Shown: positions 11,717 to 27,097 of the stretch, in pieces
How positions within the stretch are numbered: position 1 is the stretch's first letter
Layout of the letters: each line of letters starts with the position of its first letter
Assembly (NCBI RefSeq): GCF_009914755.1
Contig: NC_060930.1
Strand: one strand, 5' to 3'
DNA: 64,000 bases
Source of the DNA: the human T2T-CHM13v2.0 reference genome, Homo sapiens
The notes under the pieces: generated by a model
What the model was told of the DNA's origin: nothing
Database searches by the model: none
What the model saw: the letters and a program-made list of their open reading frames with translations, nothing else
Program-made: the position numbers and the translations under genes

Positions 11717-14678
11717 GTATGTCTTTTGACTAATTATTAGGCGTAGTCCCATTTTTTTCTCCTTGGTACCTATCACTATAATCATCTGTGTTTCTGTGTC
11801 ACCTGCTTTTAGAATTACACATGGATATTACCAGAAGTTACAGAGTTAAATTTGCAACAGCACAGACTTCTAACTACAAGCCTGGGACCATGGTGGAAAC
11901 AAAGGTTCAGTTAAGGAAGATTTCCCGAGCCAGAATTGATGTCCTCACTAACCAGGCTGCCAGGCTTAAATCAAATGAAGGTCGATGCAATGTCCCCAGA
12001 GGAAGCTGTTCAACTCGCCGGGTCGGTTCCCCAGAGCCCTGCCAAGGAGGCTCCTCAGATTGACAGCGCCCTGGCAGAGCTGCTGTCTTCCCCAGGCAGA
12101 GAGGCCCTCCCCCGGACAACAAGCTGGGTGCAAACTCGTCTTCCGCAGACACCAAAAGAGAGCACAGCAAAGCTAAGCGACTGGGGACAGCCACTTGTGG
12201 CTAAGACAAAGGCAGGCTCCCCCTGCCGCAGGACGATCACTAGGACTGTCAGGCTGTCGAAATGTATATTGCAGACAGGACATCCCTCCTGGCATCCAGT
12301 GTGAGCGAAGTCCAGGCCACGGCAACAACAGCCTGGCCTGAGGACAGCCTGCACCACACATCAAAGCCAGAGGCCCTGGGAGGCTGGCCAGCCGCCAAAG
12401 ACGCCTGAGAGCGGCAGGGGAGTGTGTTGCCTTAGGACAATAGCAAACTGGGACGTGGTAGAGTCTGTAAATTCCAAGCACTGGGGAGGTCTTCTCAGAG
12501 ATTTTACCCTCTCCTGTCAGGGCTGTGATTTAATTTCCTTTGAAGAAAAAAAAAAAGAAAAAAGAAAAGAATATACATACCCAAATCTTCTGTCTGCAAA
12601 GGCAGACACCACAACGCAAGCTTAATGCACTCTGGTCCTTCCCGGCCAGCGGCCACTGTCTAACACAATACAGCTAAGTGAGATGTGACATTCTCCTGGT
12701 CCCCTTAATAGGGCATTAAGTCTAAGGAGTACTTAAGATCATTTAAATGCAAACATCATTGTTCCATTGCTACTAGACTCCCAGATATTTCCCATCAATT
12801 CTGTTTAATTAGAGTAGCACCACACGTTAATTATAACCTGACAGTTTTATTGATTTCACAGGGCACATCATACAGTCCCATTTTAGGTACCAAGGACTTA
12901 AGGTGAAGCATGAACCTCTCAGTCACAAAGATGACTCAGCCTCTTGGGCTGATGAGGTTCTGATTCTTCTACCAGGAGAGGTTTACCCGCTTGCTCAACA
13001 GAAATAGTTCAGTAATCATCTTATGTCCTCACTTATTTCACAGCGTTTTGCAAAACAACACATCAAAAACAAACTAAGGAAAAAAAAACCTGTAAGAGTG
13101 TAAAAGAAATATCCATCTCCCTCTGTTCTGTGGTCTTAATCTGCAATTCTTAAGGACCAGGATGAGGTGCTGTGAAGGCTACGCAGGTAAAGCTGGCACC
13201 AAACAGAAATATGGTGCACTTCTGCCCCTGAAGCGACTGGCCCCACTTTGAGAAGCCATGCTGTAAACATGCTCATTAGAACAGAGAGGACTGGTCAGTT
13301 TTCCTTTCAGAGGAAATGAATATGAGTTGAGATCACTCAACTCTAATCCACCCTGTACCTCAGGGTTATACTCCCAGCAGCACATGCTCCACTAAGCCAG
13401 CAGTTTGTCATAGCCCAGCGTGTCATCCATAATGGCATGTTGGGGGTGGAATCACTTCCAATTCCTCACTAATCTGGTGCGGGGAATGCCAAGGTACAGA
13501 GTTTTACTTGATTGCATAAAACATAGAGCTATTTTCAGCTTCCAAATCATCGTTCTGGCTCTTTCACCAGTCCTAAAGCCATATTACAACCCTTTAAAAA
13601 CATCTTTTCTATTCGGTTTTCCCTTATTTTAATATAAGCAAACACTTAAAGTAATCCCACTAAGTCTCTGAAATATGAAGCCATGAAATGTTAGAAAAAA
13701 AAAAAAGACGAAAAAGAGTTTAAGAGTTTTACACATATTTGCGATTTAAAATGGTCACTGCTGCTATGGTAGTGGGACTTGAGTTATCTCCAAACTCCTT
13801 ATAAAAACCCTGGGCAATTAACACTTAGCAGGACTTCGGTGCCTGATGACAAAATCAATTCTGTTATAGTCACACTTCGAAAAATGACTTTGAAGAGTAA
13901 CAATAAATAATGAAAATTAAACAACTGCTAACTGATATAGGAAGAACTTCAGCTATTTCTGTAATAATTCCACTGGGATTTGTGCTGAACATTATAAAAA
14001 CAGGATGTTTTGTTTGTTGTTCTTCATAAAAGACTACTGAACCAGTATAAGACTCCAAAATATATGAAGACTACAAATCTACATGAAGTCTACTAATATT
14101 AAAAAAAAGCTAAGTGGAATTTTTATTCATGTATTTAACATTTTTGCTCAATGTAAGATGACCTCAGGAAACATGTTTCTTATTTTTATGAAAGCCAAAA
14201 GGAAACACAGTTATACAACATAATTCTGCAATGGTTCAGCATCACAGTGCAGAGAACTTAATCCTAAATATAGGACTGTCACAAATCAGTCTTCACTGCT
14301 AAGACTTCTTATATTTAACATTAACAACGGATTATCCCATGGTAACCAGATACCTGTTCCATTTAGTTAGAGGCTAATCCTAACAACATAAGGATTCCAA
14401 TAGCAAACTTTTTTCTAATGTTAACATCAATGAACTGTGATGAAGCTACTGCACCAAGAATGAACTTAATATTAGTGGATTTAGAGATAACTTAAAGTGG
14501 TATGATTAGCACACAAATACAGTCTTATCTATGGATGTGGGATGGGGGAAGGTATCACTTCTGTAAATGAAACCATTATTTTTTACTGCTTAAGTAAATG
14601 AAAGCATTCATATCCTCTTTTCCTGACACACACAGCTGTATTTGGAAGTGTAGAAGAAATAGGGAGGAAGTATGTTTA

Positions 14679-15008
<330 letters not shown>

Positions 15009-15349
15009 TCTGAAACAAATAGTTGGGCTCTGCTCTGTCCATTCTGATGCTTTTGAAATAGCTGGAAAAGTCACCCAAATAACTGCTGCTGCCATTCCAT
15101 GAACTGATCTCTATTTAAATCAAGTGAAAGCACCAGTTCAACCCCAAGTCTATGAAAGGAACTAGAGGCTTCTCTTCACTTCTGAGGTCCCAGAGGCTAC
15201 ATCTAATCACTAAGCCTGATTGTTTTATTTTCTGTAACACTCTAAAAAGTATCTTTTTAATATCTAACCACTTATACACTTTTCTACCTGGTGAAATCTA
15301 TTTTTTCCTATTTCAATATCTATAATTTGCTATTTATGTCATCTGTTAA

Positions 15350-16470
<1,121 letters not shown>

Positions 16471-17764
16471 TAAATTTTTCTAGTTGAGAGACCTTTAACA
16501 GCTATGGCCCTGAAAAAAAATACAATGTCCTAACAATATTTTACTGGATTAAATTTTGGCCACAGTGGAGAGATAATTATGACTTGATTGTGTTAATATA
16601 AAAGTTCAAATTCTCAGCAATTGACTACTAATGATGATATAATGATTTGGGGAGTCTTTAATTGAAGGAATATGCTGCTGTTCTGTCGAATAAATCAATA
16701 AGGAATCGCATAACACTGTGGGGAAATCTTGAAAATGAAACTACTAAAAGATAAACTTTGACCATATAATTTTCAAGCTGAACAAAGCTTTAGGGATCAT
16801 CCACTTAAATCCCTTATTGTGAAACAGATTTAAAATCAATGCAATAATAACAACTTCCACTGAAAAATATCAAAACTAAGTTTAAATTGTGCAAGAAAGA
16901 AAATGATTATGACAAAGAGGCTGCCCAAACTACTCTGAGAAACTTTTAAACATTTTATTCAGACATCTAGATGGGAGGGAATTCCTAAGCCTGACAATTA
17001 TAAGTTATCAGTAAGTCCACCTAGACAATTTCTGAAGAAGCACCCTGAAAGAATTCACTGACTGCTCACGCTCCTAGCACATAATGACTAATTCATCCTG
17101 CTCCATCTGGGGTCATACCTCACCGTGGTTCTCACCCTGAACACTGTCACAGGACAAGAAAACAGTCACTTTGAAAATAGTAAGCAAGAAACCCAACTGA
17201 AAAATGTTAGTTTTACAGTCTGGTGGTTTGTGTTGTATGATCATAATGGAAAACCCAGTTTTATTCATGTGATGAAAAATTCAGGAAAAAAAGTGTTTCT
17301 TTATAACTTAGGAAATGACTTCTAGATGGTTAGTTTCTGGGAAATATACAAATAATAGAAGCACTTTCATATTCTTTCATAAGTTGAATTTAGAGTTTTC
17401 CAACTCCCTTAAGAGGTGAGAAGGAAAAGCAACAACAAGAGGAAGCAACTGTAGCCAGCCTGGAATCAATAAGGCCTAGTAATAGGATTTGGCTCATAGC
17501 CAAGAGTGGGGTCCACCTGCTTTCACTGTGGTAAGACTCAGGGTTGAGGCTCTTTTATATACAGACACACAGGTACACCCCAAGCATGATTTAATTTCTC
17601 TATAAGATGTAGCAAATAGTTTTGGCAAACTAGACTCTTTAGGCTGCTATGATTTCCACAAAGAGGAATGTTAAAAGTTTGGGCTGACTACTGAAAACCT
17701 TAAGGAAATGAAAGATCTAGAAACGGTAATGGAGTTTGAAACAATCATCACAGAGAAAAATAAA

Positions 17765-17945
17765 AGAAAGCAACATTTACTGAGTATTTTCCCATTTAAT
17801 CTTTTATGAGGCAGGTACAATTATTACCCTAGCTTACAAAGGACTTGAGGCCCCGAAAGGCTCAGGAACTTGTCTACAGCCTCACTGTAAGTGCTGGAGA
17901 GAGTTTTTTAATCCTTTAAGCCTGAGTCTGAACCATCCCTCTTGA
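17765..17945 (-). mobile_element. MIR fragment
   Basis: aacatttactgagt...ttatgaggcaggtacaattattaccct...ttgaggccccgaaagg. Confidence 0.65.
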
Positions 17946-18611
17946 AAATAGACATAGTGGCAATGTAAAAAGATACATGGGTTGAAGAAATCTAAATATC
18001 CTGCCATGACTGGCACTCAATTTTCAGTTCTAGTCATAATGATTCTGACCTGACAAAAGGATCACCATGCCAAAAGAATGTTTAATGTATTGAACCATTC
18101 CTGATTACTCACTATTTGAGCTGGTATGACAGAACCTCACGGTGGAAGAGTTTCAGTGGGGTTCACTCATGTCTTTATACAACAATGATATGCTGCTTTC
18201 ACACTTAGAATGAAGGTCATTGCTTTAAATTTGGCAAGAAAATCAAAGTCTTTCTTATCCAGCTCAAGAGCATTATTTTACCCAGATCATTGTCCTAATT
18301 TACTTTGGCAATAAAAAGTGTTTATTACTATAAAGTAAGGCTAAAATTGATGGGTTTGGGAGACTTTACACACCATGTTCCACTAGGTTAATTTTGGAGG
18401 GCATGCCATGCTTTCTATCTTTAAAAAGTATAGTCTATTTCTTCCTTCTTAAAGCCACAGATTTCCCACCAAACTTAAAACTTCAGTCCATTATATTATT
18501 TTAAATTTTGTTTTAACTTTATTATTGGGAAATGACTTTATTTAATCTTTCTATCAAGAAGTAGCATTTCGCTTTTTTTAATAAAATGCTCACAATAAAC
18601 TCTTTTTTTCT

Positions 18612-18730
18612 CTCATTTATTCAATTATTTATTCAACAAACAATTGTGCATTCCCATAAGCCATGATTCTTGTCTTCATGGAGCTCAGGGGCTAGTGAAG
18701 GTCAGACACTGAAAATAGATTGTTACTGTG
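18612..18730 (-). mobile_element. L2 3' fragment
   Basis: tcatttattcaattatttattcaacaaac...cttgtcttcatggagctc. Confidence 0.55.
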
Positions 18731-19635
18731 TGGACCCCATAACAAAAGGCATGCTGAATAATCAATTACATAACAATATTTGAGAAAGGCAGCACTCTTC
18801 TAAATTCTTTAAAACTTGGGAGCTAAGTATCCCTCCTATCATGACCTGAAATATAGAGTAATTCTTAAATCCACCACAGATATACTTTATTTCAACAACT
18901 CCCAGATGTCTCAGGACACCCTGAACCCAGTTTCAAAACTCATCAGCATAGATGTTTTAGAGACTTCTCCAAAGAAGTCACTGGCCCATCACTATCACAT
19001 TCTAGTTTAGGTAGACTTAACACTCAATCTAATGAATCAATTTGTGCAGTTTGACAAATTTAGAGTAACAGGGGAAAAATACATAAGATACTCAGAACTG
19101 GAAAACCCTCTAAGTATTAGAGTCTTCTGTGTTGTATCTTTCCTAGTCTAAAATGATAAACATTCCTATCTTTGAAAAATTTGATATAAATATTTGTCAT
19201 TTGATGTAGAAAGTGAGGTATTTTTGTGCTTGTCTTTTAATTACTCCAAACTTCTCTTAGTTTAATTGCATACTTGTACAACATATACCTCTTTTCTTAC
19301 TTTTTCTAGAACCTGCTAAGATTCCAGTTATTTTCTTATTGACTTCCTTCAGTTGGTAGCTAGATCCATAGATTAAGGTATTTTTCTTTTCCTCTCTTGG
19401 CAGATTAAGTTCATTTGGCACAGATTTGTACACAAGATCATGTCCAAAAGGAATCCAAGGAAATTACCAGATATCTATTTTTTTTTCCACATCAGAGAAG
19501 CAAACCCTAGCTAATCCAGCTTGTCTGCCCTCTGAGCCTGGGGCTTAGTGTGAGAAGTTACACTCCCAGTAGAGAAGGGACTCTAAGCTGGCTACCCAAA
19601 GGGTCTCCCTGTGGTTTCGATAAGAATTCACTTGT

Positions 19636-19655
19636 AACAGGTGCTAGCACCTGTT
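19636..19655. promoter_or_regulatory. Perfect 20-bp palindrome of two inverted E2-boxes
   Basis: AACAGGTGCTAGCACCTGTT; regulatory function is inferred. Confidence 0.5.
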
Positions 19656-20214
19656 CTTCCGGCTCCCAGAATAGTTCCTACTTAAAATGAATCATACTCT
19701 AACAGTTCACTTTTAAGCTTACTATTTGAAATTTGGAATGTGTTTCCCTCTAAAACCAGTGTCATAAATACGGGTTGGCATGCAAGGCCACCCTTCAAAA
19801 GCCTGTATAACCTGATTTAGAATTCGCCTAAGGCAATGTAATAAGAGCAACATAGAACCTACCCACCTTAGATGGCATAGCTTCTTGTCAAATAGTCACA
19901 CTGAGAAATTGAGTCAATAGGATATGAAACTGCCTTTTCCTACAAGGACCGTAAAAGTCTAGGTGAAACTCTAAGAGGTAAATAACAAAGTAAGAATAGC
20001 AAGACACAGATGGGCCAGGGGCATCAGTAGGAAGAATCTCAGTGGCTCTTGTCTTTTGTCAGGGCAGCAGTGGTGGTCCAGGCATTGGTAGCAGCAGAGA
20101 TGGCAGAAGAATGGAAAAGAAAAGAGGGCAGGGAAAATAAGTGAATCAGAAGCTAGAGCAGCCTTTGAAAAGGGAGTGTCCTAGAATTGAGGGCAAGAGA
20201 ATTGAGGAAGAGAA

Positions 20215-20254
20215 GGGAATTCCTACCACAAGGCAACCGGGGAATTCCCTGGTT
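20215..20254. promoter_or_regulatory. Tandem NF-kappaB-type sites with an intervening RUNX core
   Basis: GGGAATTCCT (20215), ACCACA (20225), GGGGAATTCCC (20239). Confidence 0.55.
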
Positions 20255-20424
20255 GGGGTTGCCATTCACTCTGTCACTGACTGGGAATATTCACTGTTTA
20301 GTCACATAATGTTCTCAGTCTTTGTTTCTTACTCTGGTTTCTTAAATTCAAGCTCTGTGTTGTTCATAAAAACCCGGTTCAGGCTGGTGGCTGTGCCATC
20401 CCCCTCAGATTTATTGTTAGCCTG

Positions 20425-20650
20425 TGGTAGTTCTCAATTAGGGTGATTCTGCCCCCTTAAGAGACACTAGGCAATGTCTGGGAGTTCTTTCTGGTTGCCA
20501 AGACTGGGAGTGGGAAGGGGTATGCTATTGTACCCTGGTGGGTAGAGGCCAGGGATGCTGGTAAGTATTCTACAATGCACAGGATAGTCGCCCACAACAA
20601 AGACTTATCTGGCTCCAAATGCCTAACCATGCTGGAGCTAAGAAAACCGG
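20425..20650. mobile_element. MER20 (hAT-Charlie)
   Basis: ttctcaattagggtgattctgcccc...ggcaatgtctgg...ggtagaggccagggatgctg...tacaatgcacaggata. Confidence 0.88.
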
Positions 20651-23600
20651 TAACATTGTAACTCTGCTGCAATAACTTTTTGGTACATGTCACTAGGCTC
20701 CTGATGTTTAAGCAAGTGATTATAACAAAAATCCTTTAGACTAATTGTATTACTCAAACTTCATCCTAAAGATCGTGCTCAACCAAGAGAAATTCTACAA
20801 AAAAACCCATAGTATTCTTCAGAATTACAAAGTGTGACATTTGTTTTTTAATTGAAGATGTCCAATCAAGACAGCCGAACTTTAGGAGGCTGGCAGAAAG
20901 GGCACGGGATGAACTTGGTATCACCTGAATGTAACTGAAATTTTCCAGGGAAGGCACTGCACAAACTCCTCTGTGAATGTGAACCCTGCCACCAATGCCA
21001 CATCCTGCTTCTTAAGCTTTTCCATAAACAGCAGCTGTATTCCTCCCCAAGCATCAAATGACAACCCAGGAACATGCACACGTTCCTGAAATGCTCGCAG
21101 CCACCCAGTATTAAAGCAATAATCTCCCCCAGGGAAAAGTCCTACTGGGCCGGATGTAGGAAAAAGAATGAAAGCAGGCACAGCTTTCAGGTCCACTCCA
21201 CCACAAATGACTCCATGACCCGGGCAAGGAACGTTAAGTAACTTCTTTCTGGTCCTTTTTTTCCTCAACTAAAAGCAGAAAAAGTTTGGCTTAGTCATCT
21301 GCAACTTCACTTTCAGTTCTCACCACCATGCTGGTTTTCTTCCCAAAAGGGAAAGAGAAGGGAATTGGCTCCAAAGAAAGTAGGTAAGAGGGAGCTTATG
21401 AAACCCGCTTCATTAAGGGTCCCAGTCACATGGAGTGTCTGTGGGCTACAATAGATGAACCACCCACGTGGTAAGTTCACCCACAAGAGCAACTTTTTTG
21501 AACACAGGCAAAAGCTGACCCCAAGCTTGATAGGCGAAGTCTCCACTGAGCTCCAGGCCACATGAGAAATGCTGACTGTGAGGATGAAGGACCAATCTTT
21601 GTGTGTGCACAGCAGGGAAAGGACTAATCATTCCACACTGGCCTCTTCCGCTACAACCTTCTGTACAAGTAACCATCATCCCCAGAGCACCATCTTATCA
21701 TTAGGAAGGACAGAAGAAGAAGAGTACAGTGTGTTTTAAACTGTCTTTGTGTTATAATAAAAATCACAAACAAAAACAAAATGGGCACAAACAGTATGAA
21801 TTTGAGGAGCCTTTAATTTTAATGGGCAAATACTTAATGTATTAATAACCACGTGGTAGAAACCAAAATTAGTTCTGGGGAACCTCTCAACTATACTGAA
21901 TTATCTGCTGAGATAGGTTTTGTTCATGGATCTACAATAAGAAAGGAATCTGTTTTCCTGAGTCTCCCCACTGAGTTTTTTATGCAGTGCTTCTGTTCAT
22001 ATGCTTAAGTGAGCCATTTAAAAGGAAGAGTGTCAACGTTGGACTCAGGCTTTACTGGTATGAAAGTGTAAAATTATATTTGTATCCACAGATTTCCAAA
22101 ATCTCAGTATGCAAACTTATTAAAAATACACTATGGTGGAGGCATATATAAGAAGTGAAAGTAATAAGATCCATTTCTTATTACTGCCAGTTCAACATTA
22201 TCACAAGCTCACAGGGCTATGTTTTCCCAACTGAAACACCAGGATGTTAATGTGTCTGAAATTTGAGACCTTCTGATAAATTATGCTTGTTTGCTGGTTT
22301 TGTTGTTTTTTGGTGTGTTTGTTTTCAGTAAAAGCTGGCACTTTATAAAATATCTGTCTTCAGTATTTGACAACGCTTGACAACCATTCTCTCGTTACTT
22401 TTTACCACATCCTGGTAAGGGGGAAATGGCAGGTAACTGCATCGCTTTTCACTAAAAAACAGACAGCAAGGGGTTAAAAAAAAAAAAAGAAAAGGAGAAT
22501 TTATGTCTCCCAGTTCCACCTACTGCACCACTTTAATATCCAGGATTCTCCCCAAGCCATTCCCAAAGAAAAAAGTGAAAAGAATCTCCTTTGGCTTGCT
22601 TGGGTCACTGCCCCCAAGACACTGAAGACTCAAAGATACTGAAGACTTCAATGTACATACAATACATTGGTGGTGAAACTAAAAGTCGTATGCAAGGAGT
22701 TGACTCCCCTCTCACTGCAAATAATTCTAACATGACCGATGTGCTACAGAAATCAATAGCAGTAATGACTACCTTTTTTGGAACTGCCTCAGCAGTCAGC
22801 TGGAGAGGGGGCCTTGCTAAGCCCAGGCACACTGCCTGGATCAAGCACTGAAAACAAGCTTCACAAAAGAGAAGCGTGAGTAATTTACTTATTAAAGAGA
22901 TAACTGTAAAGTCTGATACAAACAGACAAGCGTAAAGCCTTCAATGCACAAACCAAATGCTTGGCTTGGAGACCATAAAATGCAATCAGCAATGAAATCT
23001 AGGTTATATCACTCAACTTTCAAAAGTCTAATGCCCCTTTTTATCCTTAGAAAGATGACACAAAGAAATGACCTGTGAGGGAGACTTCTGGTTAGCAGGG
23101 GCTCCCCAAAGACACTGAGCCCACAGCAGGAAGTGGAGGGGAAACCTCAGTGACTGGTCCGAGACCAACCTGGACTTCCGTGTAAGGTACAATGCAGATA
23201 AAGGGGATTACTGTACTTCAAGTGGGTTCTGAAGCATTCTACATTATTCAAAAGGACAAAAATCTAGTCAGGTGTTGCCCAAATGGTCTCCTCTGTGATC
23301 ATTTTTCTCATGTTGTTCAGAAACGTAGTGGTGATAGTGCATTTGTGAGACTCTGTGGCCAGGAAACAACATCTCTGTAACCCCAATTTTAAAATCATGA
23401 CTTCACTGTCACCAACCAGCGAATGCCAAAAATAAAAAGGTAGAAACATCTAAAACGCTGTTAGAAAGTGAAGCTTGAGTTCATGAGCAAATTAGAAAAA
23501 AAAAAAAAGTCATTTGCCATCAGATGTTGTCTGTCAACTTAAAAAAAAATCCAAATAAAAAGAGAATTCAAACAGTTCTTCTACAATAAGCTATTGTATA

Positions 23601-24083
23601 GCCCCTAGATCTAAGTCATTCACAACTCCCGGAAATAACTGCATATTCGCCAAATGCTCTTATTTTGTATGTTCTCACGGGGTTTCAGGACTTGTGCAAA
23701 TTGTTTTCCAAGCACCATCCGGCCATAATGACCAGGTTAGAACTGATAATTATGCCTGCCTGTCTATAGGTTTGTCAGCTAAAGAAATCCACAGACGGCT
23801 GCATCATGAGCAGAATTCTACTTCGGGTGCAGCTGCGCTGACCACACTGCATTAGAAAAACAACCCTCTTTGCAATAACCAGTTTTGGGCATCACTGGTT
23901 AAAAAAGACTAGTTTCCTGTTTTTCTCCAAAACTTCAGAGTGTGGGTATTGCTATTTTTTACCCCACCCACACATTTTTCTTTTTAATTGTTGAAGATTA
24001 GGTGCTGTAAACACCTAATCATGAGCATTTCTTTATATTAAAACTCCAGGTTTAATTTTAGGTCGGATTTGTTCTTTCCACAC

Positions 24084-24192
24084 GGGGACTCCCCTTTGTT
24101 AAGACTTGTGTGGCTTCTCCTGCGGGCGGGGGGAAGCCACGGGGCTGCGGGCTGCTGTCTAGGAGGGGCTGGGGTCGGGTCTTGGGTCTGGG
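24084..24192 (+). promoter_or_regulatory. G-rich element: kappaB-like palindrome, GC-box and G4 motifs
   Basis: GGGGACTCCCC, gcgggcgggg, GGGG-ct-GGGG-tc-GGG-tctt-GGG-tct-GGG. Confidence 0.5.
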
Positions 24193-24574
24193 AACTTATC
24201 TATGGCCCAGTGTTGCCCCAGGCAGCTGTCCCCCACCATTGGCTTCCTGATGGCCCAGCTATGCATGGTCCCCGGCAGGGATGCTGCAGCTGACCTAGGG
24301 CGACAGGTGGTTGGGGGAAGAGAGGCTGTTCCCCCTAGAAGAGTATCTCAACCCAGGCTTGGGAAACAGCCCTTACTGATGAAGGCTGGGGGACTAACAG
24401 TGACATAAAGCATCAAGATCCCAGACATATCATCTTATTTCTGTTTATACTATGCCGTTTCTCTTCCTCACTTTGACATGTTATTTCCTTTCTTTCAAGA
24501 GGAGTTTGAAGTATATGAAGGCAGTGCACACTGTAGCAGGGCTGCTCCTGGTGCCTGACCCCCTCACTTCACTC

Positions 24575-24795
24575 TGGCCCCTCTGCAAATGTCACCTCCT
24601 TGCAGATCCCCCCTCTCCCCTACCTAATTAACACACAGGCATGAGTGCTGGGCAGGATGATAAATATCTGTCTCCCACACTGAATAGAAGCTCTCAAAGG
24701 AGGCAGCACTGCTCTGTTCACTCCTATAGCCCCAGTATCCTAAACAGTGCCTGGAAAATAACAAGTGTTTGATTAATATTTCTTGAGAATAAATG
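24575..24795 (+). mobile_element. L2 3' end
   Basis: aaatgtcacctcct...ctgttcactcctatagccccagtatcctaaacagtgcctgg...gaataaat. Confidence 0.7.
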
Positions 24796-24850
24796 CCCCC
24801 CTCCCTTATCTGCTTCATCTTTTATCACACCTCCTCTCACCTGCCCTCTT

Positions 24851-25170
<320 letters not shown>

Positions 25171-25514
25171 CTCTCACCTGATCTCTTGGGCCCACCTCTC
25201 TGGAAACCCTCATTTACTATACTGCAGTTTGTTTACATATGCCTTTTTTATAAACCATAAACTCGTGGAGCTTGAGGACTGGGCTCAGCACACCTGGCAC
25301 ATAACAAGTGCTCAATAAACATTTGATGGGTGTTGTTAAATGAATCATTTGAGATTAGCCACTTTGAAGGCAGGAACTATGTAGATACTGTAGAAACACA
25401 TTCTGTCTCTATTTTTTTTAACCAATACTATAACTTTTGATCCCTACAAGAAAAGTCTGAGGCATTTCCTCAGCCAACAGTATATGCTTAAAGGCATAGC
25501 AATAAGACTTACTC

Positions 25515-26165
<651 letters not shown>

Positions 26166-26616
26166 AAAATGATAAAAGAAGTGTTTATCACTGTACTGCT
26201 ATGCAAGAAGTTGAGGTAATATCCTTTGAAAGTTCCTGAAAAGAAAGAATTCTAAGCAAAATCAAAATCTTCATTTTTGTTAAAGTTCACAGTAGGGAAA
26301 GTGTTAAATCTTTTTTTCTCCTGTAAGTTCTCCTCTTAAAGGAAAGACAGAAATTCAGCAAAGATCTCTATCCCCTCGGACCTCCAACATTTTTCTGAAC
26401 TGTAAAAAAGATAAGAAAAAAACTGAGCCACAATCACCCTTGTATGTTATGTACATGTATTGACTTCATATTGCTCCCATTCATGTTAAGAAGAACCCAG
26501 GTGATAAAAACTTAAATGAACTCCTGATGAGAGGAAAATATATGTATATTTTATCATTTGTTTCAAGAATTTAAATAAATTATTAATATGTACATTCATA
26601 CTATAAAGCTCTACAA

Positions 26617-27097
26617 CAGTGGTCCCCAACCTTTTGGGCACCAGGGACTGGTTTCGTGGAAGACAATTTTTCCATGGACTGGCGGCAGGCAGGGGGTTGG
26701 GAAGACTGAAGTGCACTGCATGTATTGTACACTTTATTTCTATTATTAGTACACTGTAATAATGAAATAATTTTACAACTCACCATAATATAGAATCTGT
26801 GGGAGCCCTGAGCTTGTTTTCCTGCAGGAAAACTAGATGGTCCTATCTGGGGGTGATGGGAGACAGTGACAGATCATCATGCATTAGATTCTCTTTGGGC
26901 AAGAGACCTAGATCCCTGACATGCGCAGTTCACAATAGGGTTCACGCTTCTGTGAGAATCTCATGCCACTGCTGATATGACAGGAGGCGGAGCTCAAGTG
27001 GTAATGCTCGCTCACCTCCACTTACCTCCTGCTGTGCAGCAGTTCCTAACAGCCAACAGACCACTAGTGATCCGTAGCCCAGGTACTGGGACCCCTG
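26617..27097 (-). mobile_element. MER1A (hAT-Charlie DNA transposon)
   Basis: TIRs cagtggtcccc...gggacccctg; internal gcattagattctc, ctagatccctgacatgcgcagttcacaatagggttc; 8-bp TSD ctctacaa/ctttacag. Confidence 0.88.

Noticed and set aside
11936-12304. 122-aa + strand ORF (and antisense 95-102-aa ORFs) as a protein-coding gene
   Set aside because: No recognisable domain, promoter or polyA context; high GC alone makes such ORFs likely
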